Assembly (NCBI GenBank): GCA_030390025.1
Contig: CM059432.1
Location: 152,212,001 to 152,276,000 of the forward strand
DNA length: 64,000 nucleotides
Source: Squalus acanthias
Lineage: Eukaryota
Direction: 5' to 3'
Part shown: piece by piece, positions 27,081 through 40,900 of the stretch
Position numbering within the stretch: position 1 is the first letter of the stretch
Layout: each line of letters begins with the position of its first letter
Made by a program: the position numbers and the translations under genes
The notes under the pieces: generated by a model
What the model saw: the letters and a program-made list of their open reading frames with translations, nothing else
Database searches by the model: none
Told to the model about the DNA's origin: nothing

Positions 27081-28713
27081 GCATATGTTGGAAGCTGTTG
27101 TCGGAGGTGCCTTTACAGGGATCTCACACAAGCTAGTCATGTATATACGGATAGATGTGCAAGTGTTGCAGCTGTAGAAAGTCTACAATTAAAGCAGCAT
27201 TTACTGAATATCCTGGGGGCAAAAGGGTGAAAGTCAGCAATCTGTCCTGGAAGCTGTAAACCTGTAAACTGAACTTGAATGACCAGGCGGAAGTAGAAAT
27301 TCTTTAGGTCTACTGTGGCCAGTTAGTCACCTGGACCCAGCAACTGAATGATCTGAGGCACCATTAGCACCTTGAACTCTTCTCTTCTGAGGAACTTCTT
27401 CAAACATCTGAAATCCAAGATTAGATGGACTCCTCACAATATTTTGGGAGCTATTAAATTCTGCCTGCTTCTTAGTCTGGAAAAGCCCATTTTGTATTGT
27501 CTTATGCTATATGTGGCAATTACAACTGCAAGAACTGCCACCAGTTCAAGATTCCCAAAGCAGTTGGGAGTGAAGAATTGCACAGAAACATAGGTGCTCA
27601 AATTTGACATGAAAGACGTACCCTCTGTTGAAAGGGCAGTTATCCACTCACTTCACTTCATCAACATCTGGTTCCAACTCCCAGCTGCCTCGAAAGGCTA
27701 ATGGATCTCTGGGGACAGGACCTTCACGCTAGACTAAGTGTTGTGGGAGGGACATTTCAGCAAAGTTTACTGCATTCTCAGACAGAGAAATTAATGGAGT
27801 TAAAACCTCTAGTTAATAATGCCAAGAGATACCTGCACCCTCTCTGTGCATGGGGCCCTGGATAACCATACAAACCCTTAGCAGAGGTAGGAAGTTGTGA
27901 GAGTGACCAAGACCTACAGTGAACAGGAGACAATGGCTTTGAGCTCCTGTAGTACTTAGAAGTTTAACATCTATGAGGGTGATTACCAAGAAAGGTTCCG
28001 AGCCTTGAGGGGGGAAAAGGGTTAAGAAAGAGCGGGAGAGTTCACCCAAGCTGTATTATGCTGACAGAGACACCAATGTCAGTCAGGATATTGACTAGCA
28101 AACTACCTGAGACAATCGGTCCTGATCAGCACCAGTAAGTTCAACTGCTGCACTATGGGCCCTCTGAGGTTGACGACATTGAGCCCAATAAGTGAAGTTC
28201 TGGTGGGCACAAGCTCAAAAGTTAAGACAGAGCCACAGCAATGTTTCTCATGCTTTGAGAAGAATCGGTGTAAAAAGTTGTCTAGGCACGTGGCACATGG
28301 TGGAACAAAGATAAATTCAGTAGAGCAATGACAAAGAGGCAAATACCAGTTGATACCCTATTTTAACAACTTTTCACAAATGCAGGAAGAGATGATGATA
28401 ATTTAGCAGAATAATTACATGATGGTTTAATTGGTGCAGGGAAAAGCAAACTTGGGTCTTGGGGTTTGGTTCCGTTAATATACTGCACAGTAGCAGCAAA
28501 GTTCACATGGACAATGCTCCCCGATGTCATGACCATGTTAAAACTTCCAAGTTTGCCTTTTGATTTATCCCTAGCAAAAATGGTAGATGCATGCTTACTC
28601 CACCAGTGAGGACATCAATTGCTCCACTTTAGTAAATGGTATTTCACACATGCGCACACAATAGCTATGAAACCCAAGACTGCCAAGAGTGTGTATCTCA
28701 AAAAAAAACTTAC

Positions 28714-28774
28714 CCTTGCTAAAACTGTAAAGCCAGCATCTGTCAAATGCGAACATCGTGCTACCTCCAAGATC
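28714..28774 (-). CDS. FBXL2: FBXL2 internal coding exon (61 bp): (K)ILEVARCSHLTDAGFTVLAR
   Basis: Acceptor ctttcag|G completes the split AA/G codon; donor AGG|gtaagt. CSHLTDAGF is FBXL2-like. Confidence 0.94.
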
Positions 28775-29819
28775 CTGAAAGAATTACAACAGCACTCATA
28801 AATCATTTCTAAATTCAGTCCTCAAAATATTACAGGAGTGAAATTCTTCTTTAATCTGCATGTTCTTCTATAATTAACGATGAGTTAACAAAATTGCAGC
28901 AATGTACAAATTGAAACATGGGATTTCTGTGAGCAAAATTTTGTTGGCTGGTCATTAATTATGGAGAAAAACAGGTATTTGCCCGCTTTTCGTTAAGATC
29001 AATTTCAATCACTGTCAATGCACTTCAAACCTGCAGTGATTATTAGGGGGCATGTGAACCACATATCTTTCTTAGTATAAAGTGGTTTCTATATCAACCC
29101 AACATCAGATGAGCAATAAAAGTACAGAATATCTTTTATAAAGAATAATTTATCTTTTGCTCATACTAAGGTACAACTGAACTGTCCAACTTGCACTTCC
29201 TCTTCCTTGTACTGAAACCAAAATTTGAGGGGGAAGTGCAAGGAGGACTTTCTGGAGGCCGAGCTGGTTGCAGTGCTGGAAGTGCTTATAAACGGAATAG
29301 ACACTTCGCCATGCAGTCACAGAGCATAATTAAACCCAACATTTCCTGATTACAAACAGCTTTACTTTTGACTCAAGAAAATATACATGTGCTCACAGCT
29401 CATTTCTTCAACCCAAATTCAGGAAAAAAATTAAACCCAAAAATCAGAACGCCCAACGAGTGATTCTTGTGTTACCGGAATGCATCGACTTTAAAGGGAT
29501 ACAATTATAAAATCAAAGGTTAGTAAATTCTTTAGGTTAAGAATTACCATGCTAAATATTACTGAGTAAACAGTAGGTGGGAGAAAGCAGAGTGCTCAAA
29601 ATAGGTAAGAAATTATCTAGAGATTCCCCACAGCCAAGGGGATCAATACACTTCCAGGTGCCCTACTAAGCCACACAGAAGAAGGTGGTCTTAGATTTAA
29701 CACCCTCTTGGTGTTGAGTTGGTGAATCTCAGCTGGAACATCAGTAGAGGTGCTACAATTTTTCTCAGCCATTTACATTTAAAAAATCAGCCAGGGTTCC
29801 TGCTAAAGTGATCTTGCAA

Positions 29820-30450
29820 CAGCATCATCACAGAGTCCCCTACAAACATCCTGGGTGCCACCATTGACCAGAAGCTTAATTGGAAGAGCCATATCAACAA
29901 GAAAAGGGCAGAGGCTGGGTACTCTGCAATGAGTGACTCAACTCTTAACGCTACCACATCTCTCCACCTTCTATGAGGCTCAAGTCAAGTGTGATGAAAT
30001 ACCCACCACTCGCCTCATGGGTGCAGCGCAACAACATTCAAGAAGTTTGACACCTTCCAGGACATATCAGTTCAGTTGATCAGTGCCAGTCACTGATTTC
30101 AATCTCCTCTCCCAGCATACTAGCAACAGAACGCACTGCAGCAACTTACCAAGCTTACTTTAACAACGCTTCCCAGTCCTGCAACCTCTACCACAGAGAA
30201 AAACAGGAACAGCAACTTCATGGGAACACCATCACCTGCACTTCATCCTGACTGGACATAAATAGCAATTCCTTTATTGTTGCTGGGTCAAAATTCTGGA
30301 ATTCCCTACTCAACGCCATCACGGAGGCATCATCACCACAAAGATTGCAGTGGTTCAAGGAGATAGCCACCACCGACTTCTCATGGCAACTAGAGATGGG
30401 TAATAAATCCAATCTTGCCAGCGTCACCCACATCCCGAGAATGAACAAAC
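29820..30450 (+). mobile_element. Old 3' fragment of the second LINE family
   Basis: accattgaccagaagcttaattgg, gctgggtcaaaattctggaattccctac, cccacatcccgagaatgaac similar to 6370-6935. Confidence 0.75.
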
Positions 30451-31409
30451 CTGTGCTAGACTATGTACTGTGTGAGAACACAGGCAAGAACTCAGCTACG
30501 ATACACTCCACTGTAGAGTAGCCAACAGCTATTATCAAGATAAACAGATGATTAACGCACTTGGAGATATTAGAAGGTTGCTGGCATCTGTGGGACCATA
30601 CCTCAAAAAGACTTAAGAAAAAAAGAGGGAAAAAAAGATGGAAAATTGGGGAAAAATTGACTTATTTGCATCTAATGACTGGATTAGAACCCACTCCTGA
30701 ATGATGGGCTAAAGGTCCTTTCTTACAGTTTCTAGGATTTTAAACTACACATCTTTAGTTCTATGTCTGATGCAAGCATAAAGAATTCCTTCTAAATGGT
30801 AATGTTACCAAATCTACACAATTTTACCAGTCACTGTTAAATTGATTTTATCCATTTTTAAAAGCAGCTAATCTTAAACACAAGCACATGATTTTATTTA
30901 GCAACAAGATATGGCCATAATCGGTTAATCTCAATCCCATCTACTCATGTCACCACATTCCTCAATCTCTTCTCTCTAATAATAGTTGTTTCGCTACCCA
31001 TTCGTACTATTGGTTTCAGTGGCCTCTCGAGTCACTTATTCTATACTGCCCTTTATGGAAGAAAAGATTTCCCGATTTCCTTGTTATTCTGGATTTCTTT
31101 TTAAACTTGTGTTCCTTCCATTAGTGCTCAACTTGCCTATAGCAGCTTTGTCAGTTCCCTTCATGATTGAGAATTTCAGTTAGGTCATCTCAAATTCTTC
31201 CCTCTTCCTTATCCTTTCCTCATTACCCCAATTCATGATACACGGAATCATCATTAAAGCTCATTTCTGTACACTGAAGTGCAGTAATCCTCTGATTAGG
31301 TGACCAACTGGATATTGTATACCAAATGGAGATTAACCAACATCGTTTATATCCTATCCCTTGCAAATGTTTCCCCAAGGAAGTTACATCAAAATGGACA
31401 GACACTGGA

Positions 31410-32110
31410 TGGCCCGGATTTTGCGGTGGGTAGTGACGGCAAACTGTCAGCGCTGACCATCATTATCCCTCTGAAACGGACCGTAACTTCAGGATTTAGT
31501 GCATGCGCATCTAAACGTGCAAATTCTAAACCCCCAACCCTCCCCCCCACCCCAGCCTCATAGGCAGCAATAAGTGGAACTGACGAAAACATAAGCTTTT
31601 CCATGCTAATATCGCTGTTAAACACCCCATTAAATATTAAGCATTGTTGGAATAGGTGTAATGGGGGTTTTAACAGCATATTGACTGCTAAACAACCGTT
31701 CTGGCCCTGAAAAACTAATTTTATATATTTGTGGAATGTCAAATTTCTCCATTATAATAAAAATTACTAGATTTAAAAACAATTTTTTTTTTAAGTTTGT
31801 TCATGATATTTCAGCTTCACTTTAACCCCATGTGTATGTACAAATCTTCATTTTGCTCTAACATTTTTAAAAAGTGCAGATAATCAGTGCTTTTCATTTC
31901 CTGGTTTGCAGTCTGTGAGAATTGTTCAATATGATTAGCTGCTTAGATAGCTGGATGACGTCACTGCTGCTCTATGCTAGGAATCTCCTATTGACAGTGC
32001 TACAATCAAATATGCGTCGAGGAAGCTGAAGTTCTCGCCACAGACATCACGAGATCTATGTGGGCAGCTTTCTTCATGGTCACTGGCTGTCGTATCACAC
32101 TGACCGAACT
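31410..32110. mobile_element. Probable Harbinger-like non-autonomous element
   Basis: Left end ggcccggattttgc resembles the TIR of 49978-50713; GC-rich ends with an AT-rich core. Right TIR not clearly seen. Confidence 0.45.
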
Positions 32111-32276
32111 GGATCTGACACGCAACTGTGAAATGTCTGTGATGTTTTGTTACATTAAGGCACTATATAAATACAAGTAGCAGTTATTGCAAGTAGTTGA
32201 TAACTATAAAAATTATGTTTTCAACATCAGGGAGCTTCTGTAAAGTTGAACTGCAGATCTGATGGTTCATACTCAC

Positions 32277-32407
32277 TTTAGTCTAGGACAATTCAATCCC
32301 AATGCGGTTATGGAAGCATCAGTAATGTTTCCGCATCCAGAGACACACAGAAACTGGAGTTTGTGGCAGCCTCTGCAAACACTTACTAATCCTTCATCTG
32401 TGATTTG
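32277..32407 (-). CDS. FBXL2: FBXL2 internal coding exon (131 bp): QITDEGLVSVCRGCHKLQFLCVSGCGNITDASITALGLNCPRL(K)
   Basis: Not in the ORF track; read manually on the minus strand. Acceptor ccttcatag|CAA, donor AA|gtgagt. TALGLNCPRL matches FBXL2. Ends in phase 2. Confidence 0.94.
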
Positions 32408-34176
32408 CTATGAAGGCAAACAAAATTACAGGTTGTTAACTCCTATAGAACACCAGGTCAGCTACAAATCAAATAAAAATCTATTCCGCTCCTGGCAATT
32501 TAACAGAATCAATAAGCACAATTTGTGGATAACTTCCTGAAAGCCATTAGAGTATCGACTTTCAGTGCTGAAAGATGTGCCTTAAGGAAGGGGTCCCTCT
32601 CAAAAGCCAGGCTATCAAATGAAAACTAGTCAGTTCTGGGTTGAAGATTTGAGCTGATAGTTGATCAAAACGGTTCCCCTTGACTGCAGTTTTGGCACAG
32701 CACCCGACAAATTACTGCTGAGTAAGAGTTGGGAGATGCATAAAAATACTTGACTAATGTTGTATGAACACTGTATCTTTGGTCCACATTGGAAGCTGTC
32801 ACTGCTCATTTGCCCATCCTTCTTTGGTTGTGGTCCAAAGAAAGGAGACCGAGTTAAAACCCACAAAGGTTAATGCAGTGGCAATTGCAAGGCCATTAGA
32901 CTATGGCAACAACTTCCATGATGACCATATTCAGAATCTGGACATTCTTCCATTCAAAGTGTAAAACATCTTGATGAAAGGATCATGCATGGAATCTCAG
33001 AGAAGAATCATACTCATCCTTCTTGGTTTAACCGATTTGTACTCCAGATCTTGAGTTGGAGCTGCAGCAGTGAGTCTCCCTGGCTGATCATTTGAGTTCA
33101 ACTATCACAGAGGAATAACTGGTATCCTTGGAGGTTGCAATGCTAATGGCAGCACATGAAGTGAGGAGTTCATAGAGCTGTTTTGATGTAATACACAAGT
33201 ACAGGAGGCTGTGGTCTGGGATTCTGGAGCAGTAATTAAAATTGCTGACGAGTTCACTCACACAAGAGGGCAGGTAAGTTTGACCAGAATAACCTACCAA
33301 AAGGCATTCAAGGCACACTCATGTCCAGGCAAGTGCCCTGCAGCATTTTGTACAATGTTTATAAGGTTTAGGCAAAATCAATATTATTCACACTAGGCAA
33401 TAACTTTTATACACTGATGAAAAATACCAAAAGTTGATTAGACATGCGGCAGCAGTGGAGAGGGAGGAGGTTGTCAAATAAAACAGATTCTTATGTTAAA
33501 TAGTCAAACAAGAGTTACTAAAAAAGCATCAAGGGAACACGGGGGCTGCTTTAGGGGAAAACAAACTGGTGTTCTTGCGCATCAGGCACTGTAAGGGAGC
33601 CAAGGGGCTTACATGGTGATTATTATTCCCAGTCTTGGAACTTGCCCTTTCTGGCAAACCAACTGGTAAATCGGGATGCCAAATGAAGAACACAAATGCT
33701 CTAGATTACTAATTACCCATATAAATACAAAATGAGATTCTAATAGAATCAAACTGCAATTACAATGAAGTGGAATTTAGTCATTCAGAACAAAGCTGCA
33801 AGACGTCACAATGCTAGTTTGTCATTTCATTACAAAAGAGAGGAAAATCTTTAGTCAATTCACCCCAACCACTCTTGCACAATCCACTGACTGGATCAGA
33901 AGCAGTACTGGTCAAAACATTCACAAACAGTTTACTTCATTCTCTGCCAGGGAATTGAGAGTAATGCAGGTGCAGCCAAAGAGGGAAAGGCAAGAACCAC
34001 ACATAACCTCCCTTACGCTTTTTGGAAAATTTGAGTGTGCAACTCTGAACACAACTGAACTCTGTTACTTTGTTTATCGCTCCTCTCTCTCTTGCTCTTG
34101 CCCATGCCCCAACTCCCAAAACTAATGTTGCTTAGATATTGTTCTACATTAAATCAATGGTAATCACAGGTAACAA

Positions 34177-34335
34177 ATGGAGATCCATACATTTTTGATA
34201 CCCAGAAATCAAGGGATATGGGGATCGGGTGGGAAGGTGGAGTTGAGGTCGAAGATCAGCCATGATCTTATTGAATGGCGGAGCAGGCTCGAAGGGCCGT
34301 ATGGACTACTCCTGCTCCTATTTCTTATGTTCTTA
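34177..34335 (+). mobile_element. CR1 3' end
   Basis: gatcagccatgatcttattgaatggcggagcaggctcg..ctcctatttcttatg tail. Confidence 0.8.
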
Positions 34336-34529
34336 ATAAAAGTGGAAGTTATGAGCATATGTAATATCTGGATGTCCAGCATCTTCTACATTACATCACT
34401 GAGATGTTCCTACTAATTAGAATCTCAGTAGTAAATCTGTCAAATAAAAACACCAGAACTAAATCAAGTTTATATTCAGAGAGAAAGTAGAATTTAACTA
34501 AAATCTAAAGTAAACCAATAAATACTTAC

Positions 34530-34604
34530 TGAACATGCCTGCAAATTAAGTGTCACTAGTTCTGGACAGTGGACCTGAATGTGTTTCAATGAGTCGTCAT
34601 CCAG
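34530..34604 (-). CDS. FBXL2: FBXL2 internal coding exon (75 bp): LDDDSLKHIQVHCPELVTLNLQACS
   Basis: Acceptor ttttttccaacag|CTG, donor TCA|gtaagt. KHIQ is FBXL2-like (FBXL20 has KYIG). Confidence 0.93.
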
Positions 34605-36064
34605 CTGTTGGAAAAAAAACATAACTATACTTACTCTCTTTGAAACAAGGCAAGACAGCAATAGCAAACAGGGCAATGTTGGTTGCCATTTTCTTTAGGT
34701 ACACTAGAGTCATCTTTTCAACCTGAGGTACTCATTTGTAAAAATATTACTGCAATATTCTATTAAATTGATTCAAAACATTTCATTTACAAAAATACAC
34801 CAATTCTCCAAAGGAGACAGTATTTATAAAATTTAGACGGGAATGGAAAAAATAATCCTTCAACCATTAAGAAATTATATGGCAACATGGTAATAAATGA
34901 TCAGTATAAGAAAATATTTACTGGTTAGCCAAAACTATGACTAGCAGAAGCTATGATCAGTCATCACTATGTAAATTATAGCTAGCTTTAACCCATTTAC
35001 ACTGTAAAATTGATTCCATCTTGAATTTCAACAGATTCCACTCTAGACCAAAGTTTGTAGTATAAATCCTTGACCATGCATGTGCCTGGTTTGATGTCTT
35101 TTATATAGCTAGCCCAATAAGTCTTTTCTAAACAAGGACAGGGTATGCTTGTGTGTGTTGAGGCAGGGCGGGGGAACTGGTTGTCTGTGGACATGTTTAG
35201 GGCAAGTGATTGGCGCTGTACGAGATCCTGCAACAAATATCACAAATTTCTGCATGGTATCTTATTAAATATCACAATTTGTACAACAGGTCCCAGAATG
35301 GTGAAAAAAAACAATTTCCCAGCTGATACAAGCAGTATCAATCACTTGTCAAATGCGTGTTTAATTCAATTTCCAAGATGTGAAATCTTAGTTGCAGAAC
35401 TCCTACCAATTACTTTGAGCATATTAATACCAACACCATTATCTGCATGACATCATTTTCCTAATAAAGGAACATTAGAAATATACATTAATTGTGGCAT
35501 TAACAAATGAAACAAATACAAAGAATATTAGTTTACTTATTATAGATAGTGTTCCACATTTTGAGCAAAGTTCACCCTCCATCTACAAATCAATACCTAC
35601 AATCCAATCAGGGTAAAAAAGCCATTGAGACACTGTCACAGTAAGTTTGGCACCGTGCAAGGGCCATGACAGTTATGTGGTCTTACCAACCACCCCAATA
35701 CTCAAGATTACTGTATGTAGATCTCATTCTGAAAATAGGCTTCAGTCCTTTTGAGGAGGCGGTAGCATGGAGACCAGGTTGATATGAAGAGGAAGTTAAA
35801 TATATATGAAAGGGAAGCTCCAAATTTCGATAGGTTAAATAAAGAACCAAGGAATAGATAAGGGAGGTTTGTATCTGGAGGCTGGATAACAATGAACAAA
35901 GATGATCATATTGATGGTATGTAATCTTATTAAGCTCCAATATATACAAATAATTAATACCAATGCAGTATAGAAAACAATGGAAGGATTCTGTGTCATT
36001 TAATGTTGAGGCTAGCTCAGAATACACCAGCACCAAAGCATTCATCATCTTGATTAGGTCTGTT

Positions 36065-37335
36065 AGAATGCGGTGTCCGGTTTTGGTCTCCTCACATGGT
36101 GGGTGGTATTGAGGCTTTGGAAAGGGTGCAGGAGTGCCACAAGATTAATTCCCAGCATAAATCATCTTAGTTACCCAGATAGGTTCAAAGGGTTGAGTCT
36201 CTATACTAGAGAAGCATAGACTTAGGGGTGATTTGTTCAAGGTTTATAAAATAATGAAGGGACTAGATTGTGTTTGTGTAGACCAATTGTTTCACTGAAT
36301 AGGTTAAGGAGGACCAGGGTTCAGTCTTACTAGTTATGCAAGGGTAGAACTAGGTTAGATGTTAGCAGGTTCTTCTCTTTTCAGAGAAGAGTGGATTGGT
36401 GGAACAGGTTCCAAGCTTGTCAATTCACTGAATTCCTTCAAGCAAGAGCTGGACCTGTTCTGGCTGGGGCGGAGACCACCTTGTACAAGAGGTAGGTGTC
36501 TTGTAATGTTAATCAGGGTTAGGGTGGTCTCCTGGATTAGTTCTGATCGCCTAAGTTGGTCGGAGAGGAATAGAAACAGAAAAATAGGAGCAGGAGTAGG
36601 CCATTCGGCCCTTCGAGCCTGCTCCGCCATTCAATATGATCATGGCTAATTCTCTATCTCAATACCATATTCCCGCTCTCTCCCCATACCCCTTGTGTCT
36701 AGAAATCTATCTATCTCCTTCTTAAATATATTCAGTGACTTGGCCTCCATAGCCTTCTGTGGTAGAGAATTCCACAGGTTCACCACCCTCTGAGTGAAGA
36801 AATTTCTCATCTCAGTCCTAAATGTCCTATCCCGTATCCTGAGACTGTGACCCCTCGTTCTAGACCCCCCAGCCAGGGGAAACATCCTCCCTGCATCCAG
36901 TCTGTCTAGCCCTGTCAGAAATGTATACGTTTCAATGAGATCCTCTCTCATTCTTCTAAACTCTAGTGAATACAGGCCTAGTCGACCCAATCTCTCCTTG
37001 TACGACAGTCCTGCCATCCCAGGAATCAGTCTGGTGAACCTTCGCTGCACTCCCTCTATGGCAAGTATACCCTTTCTTAGGTAAGGAGACCAAAACTGCG
37101 CACAGTACTCCAGGTGTGGTCTCATCAAGGCCCTGTAATTTGCCATATTTCTCCACCACCGCCCCCCCCCCCCCTCCAAATTGGCCTGGGTTTATATCTG
37201 TTTTATCGCCTCTCCCAGGAGTTTACACGGGGCTCTGGGTGGGGTGGGGAGTGTATATATATTGTGATGTATAGGGTATCACAACTGTGTGGGACAGGCT
37301 GGATGGACCAGTAGGTCTTTTCCTGTCCATTATTT
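36065..37335. mobile_element. Old plus-strand CR1 with a younger minus-strand CR1 (about 36571-37140) inserted in its 3' UTR
   Basis: Plus strand ttttggtctcc..gaggctttggaaagggtgca; minus ORF RPHLEYCAQFWSP..LWNSLP with a tail at 36571. Confidence 0.78.
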
Positions 37336-37939
37336 TTTATATGTTGGTATGTGCTGTAACATTGACAGTAATGCTTTGTAAATGCTTAATGGAGTTGCTC
37401 TCCAGATTGTTTTACCACAAATTTAATGCATATTCACCCAAGCTGTGGACAGAAGAATAAGCTGAAATTCATCCCAGTATTTCCAGACCATTTTTACAGT
37501 GTAGGTTATTCTATAGCCATTTTAGGTAGATACTATTTTGTAATAAGTTTACCACATTTCTTGCACACAAACAAATAGCTGCCTAGATAGGTTCTATCTA
37601 GGTAGAATGCGATGGCTCCATGAACATTGAAACAGTAATAGTATCTTTGAAGGAAGAAGCATGCAATGATAAATAACATTTCTGCACCTTAATTCCCTTG
37701 AGCCAAATGAAACTTGGAGGCAATTTTATGCCTTTGGGCTTGGTCTACATGCCAAGTCAAATTGGAAGATTTACTATCACAGCACATAGCTTATTCTCTG
37801 TGGAAGACAAAGTGAGTCTTAAATATAAGCCACTTAAGATCACAACTAGTTCAAATATGGCTACCATATGCTGTGCAAACAAGATTCAAATCCCAGGTAA
37901 CCAGTTTGTTGCTCAAATGCTTCACTCACCAACTGAATT

Positions 37940-40900
37940 GGTGAGTAAACAGAGCGGGAGATTTTGTGAGTATAAAGAGCGGGAGATTTTTTTTTCTTCA
38001 ATTTTAAGTTTATTTCTTTTAAGGTAGTCATAGTTAAGGTAGTTCGGGAGAGCGAGAATCCGAGAGTTTAAATTTGAGGTCAGAGTTTTTTAATTAAAAG
38101 TATGGCAGGGGTCCTCAGACCCGTGCATTGCACGGCCTGCAGCATGTGGGAATTCCTAGATGCTTCTTGCAGTCAGGATGACTACATGTGCAGTAAGTGC
38201 CAACAGTTTGGCCAACTTGAGATCCGGTTTTCGGAGCTCGAGCGTCAGCTGGAGGCACTGCGGTGTATCCACGAGGCTGAGAGTTACGTGGATAGCACAT
38301 TTTTAGACGTGGTCGCCCTGCAGCTTAAGAAAGTGCAGTCAGAGAGGGAATGAGAGACCACCAGTCAGAAGGGGGGCAGGCTGGTAGTCAGGAAAGCCCC
38401 AGAGTGCATCTCACTCAACAACCGTTTTTCTGTGTTGGAAAACGGTGAAAGTGACAGGTTCCTCTGGGGAGTGCAGCCAGAGCCAAGTTCACGGCACTGT
38501 GGGTGGCTCAGCTGCACAAGGGGGGAGGAGTAAGAGTGGAAAGGTAATAGTGGTAGGAGACTCAATAGTGAGGGGTGCAGACAGGCGTTTCTGCAGCCGC
38601 AGACATGACTCCAGGATGGTATGTTGCCTCCCTGGTGCCAGGGTCAAGGATGTTACTGAACGGCTGCAGGGCATTCTGAAGGGGGAGGGCGAACAGTCAC
38701 ATTGGTACCAACGACATAGGTAGAAAGAGGGATGAGGTCCTGCAACAAGAATTTAGGGAGCTAGGTAGCAGATTAAAAAGCAGGACCTCAAAGGTTGTAA
38801 TCTCTGGATTACTCCCGGTGCCACGTGCTAGTGAGTATAGAAATAGGAGGATAGAGCAGATGAATGCGTGGCTAAAGAGCTGGTGCAGGAGGGAGGGCTT
38901 TAGTTTCCTGGATCACTGGATCTGTTTCTGGGGAAGGTGGGACCTGTACAAGTCAGACGGGTTGCACCTGAACCGGAACGGGACCAACATCCTTGCGGGG
39001 AGGTTTGCTAGTGCTGTTGGGGAGGTTTAAACTAACTTGGTAGGGGGATGGGATACGGAGTGGAGCTACAGTAGGGGGTGATGCACAGCCAAATATAGAG
39101 GAAAAAACAAGTCAGTCTGGAAGGCAGAGCAAATATGTAACGGCACAAGGGAGTATGGCAAGGCTGGATGACATTTATTTTAATGCAAGGAGTCTTGCGA
39201 GTCAGGCAGATGAATTGAAGGTGTTGATGAACACATGGGAGTATGATATTGTTGCTATCACAGAAACATGGTTGAGGGAGGGGCAGGACTGGCAGCTCAA
39301 TATTCCGGGGTATAGAATCTTCAGGCGAGACAGAGGGGGTGTCGCAATATTAATCAAGGGGTCAATTACTGCTGTAAGGAGGGATGATATCTTAGCAGGT
39401 TCCTCTAATGAGGCCATCTGGGTAGAACTTAAAAACAAAAAGGGGGCAAGCACTTTGCTGGGAGTGTACTATAGGCCCCCAAACAGTCAGGGGGAGATAG
39501 AGGAACAGATATGTAGGCAAATCTCAGAGAAGTGTAGAAATAATAGGGTAATAATAGTAGGGGATTTCAACTTCCCCAATATTAACTGGGATAGTCAGAG
39601 TGTGAAAGGCTTAGAGGGTGCGGAATTCTTAAAGTGCATCCAGGAGAGCTTTTTCAGCCAGCATGTAGAAAGTCCGACAAGAGAGGGGGCGGCACTGGAC
39701 CTAATTCTAGGGAATGTAGCCGGGCAAGTGGTAGAAGTGTCAGTAGGAGAGCATTTTGGTGACAGTGACCATAATTCGGTGAGATTTAAGGTAGTTATGG
39801 AAAAGGACAAAGCTGGACCGGAAATAAAGGTTCTAAATTGGAGGAAGGCCGATTTTAATATGATAAGGCAGGATCTGGCCAAAGTGGATTGGGATAAGCG
39901 ACTTGTAGGAAAATCCACATCAGAGCAGTGAGAGTCTTTCAGAAAGGAAATAGAGAGAGTACGCCAACATGTTCCCTGGATGTCAAGGGATATACAAGAC
40001 TTGATTAGGAAAAAAAGGGAGGCTTTTGGCAGATACAAAGGACTAAAAACAGTGGAAGCCCTAGAGGAGTATAGAAAGTGCAGGGCGGTACTTAAAGAAA
40101 TTAGGAGAGCGAAGAGGGGGCATGAAAAAACACTGGCAGGCAAAATAAAGGAAAATCCCAAGGTGTTTTATAAGTATATTAAGGGCAAGAGGATAACCAG
40201 GGAAAGAGTAGGGCCCATTAGGGACCAAAGTGGCAATCTGTGTGCCGGAAGATGTAGGTGAGGTTTTAAATGAATATCTTGCATCTGTGTTCACTATGGA
40301 GAAGGACGATGTAGGCATAGAAATCAGGCAGGGGGATTGTGATATACTTGAACAAATTAGCATTGAGAGGGAGGAGTTACTAGCGGTTTTAGCGGGCTTA
40401 AAAGTGGATAAATCCCCAGGCCCAGACGAGATGTATCCCAGGCTGCTGTGTGAGGCAAGGGAGGAGATTGCAGGGGCTCTGACACAAATTTTCAGAACCT
40501 CTCTGCCACAGGGGAAGTGCCAGAGCACAGCTAACGTAGTACCATTATTCAAGAAGGGTAGTAGGGATAAACCAGGGAATTACAGGCCAGTGAGCCTAAC
40601 ATCAGTGGTAGGGAAATTATTGGAAAAAATTCTGAGGGACAGAATTAGTCTCCACTTGGAGAGGCAAGGATAGTCAGCATGGCTTTGTCAGGGGGAAATC
40701 ATGTCTAACCAATTTGATTGAATTTTGAGAGGGGGTGACTAGGAGTGTGGATGAGGGTAGTGCAGTTGCTGTAGTCTACATGGATTTTAGTAAGGCTTTC
40801 GACTAAGTCCCGCATGGGAGACTGGTCAAGAAGGAAAGAGCCCATGGGATCCAGGGCAATTTGGCACATTGGATCCAAAATTGGCTTAGTGGCAGGAGGC

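Noticed and set aside
28833..29014. Possible short MITE (gagtgaaattcttctttaa ... ttaagatcaatttcaatc)
   Set aside because: The inverted repeat is too degenerate and the TSD is unclear.
37582..37602. Short hairpin cctagatag-gtt-ctatctagg
   Set aside because: A single 9-bp stem is plausible by chance in 64 kb and has no supporting context.
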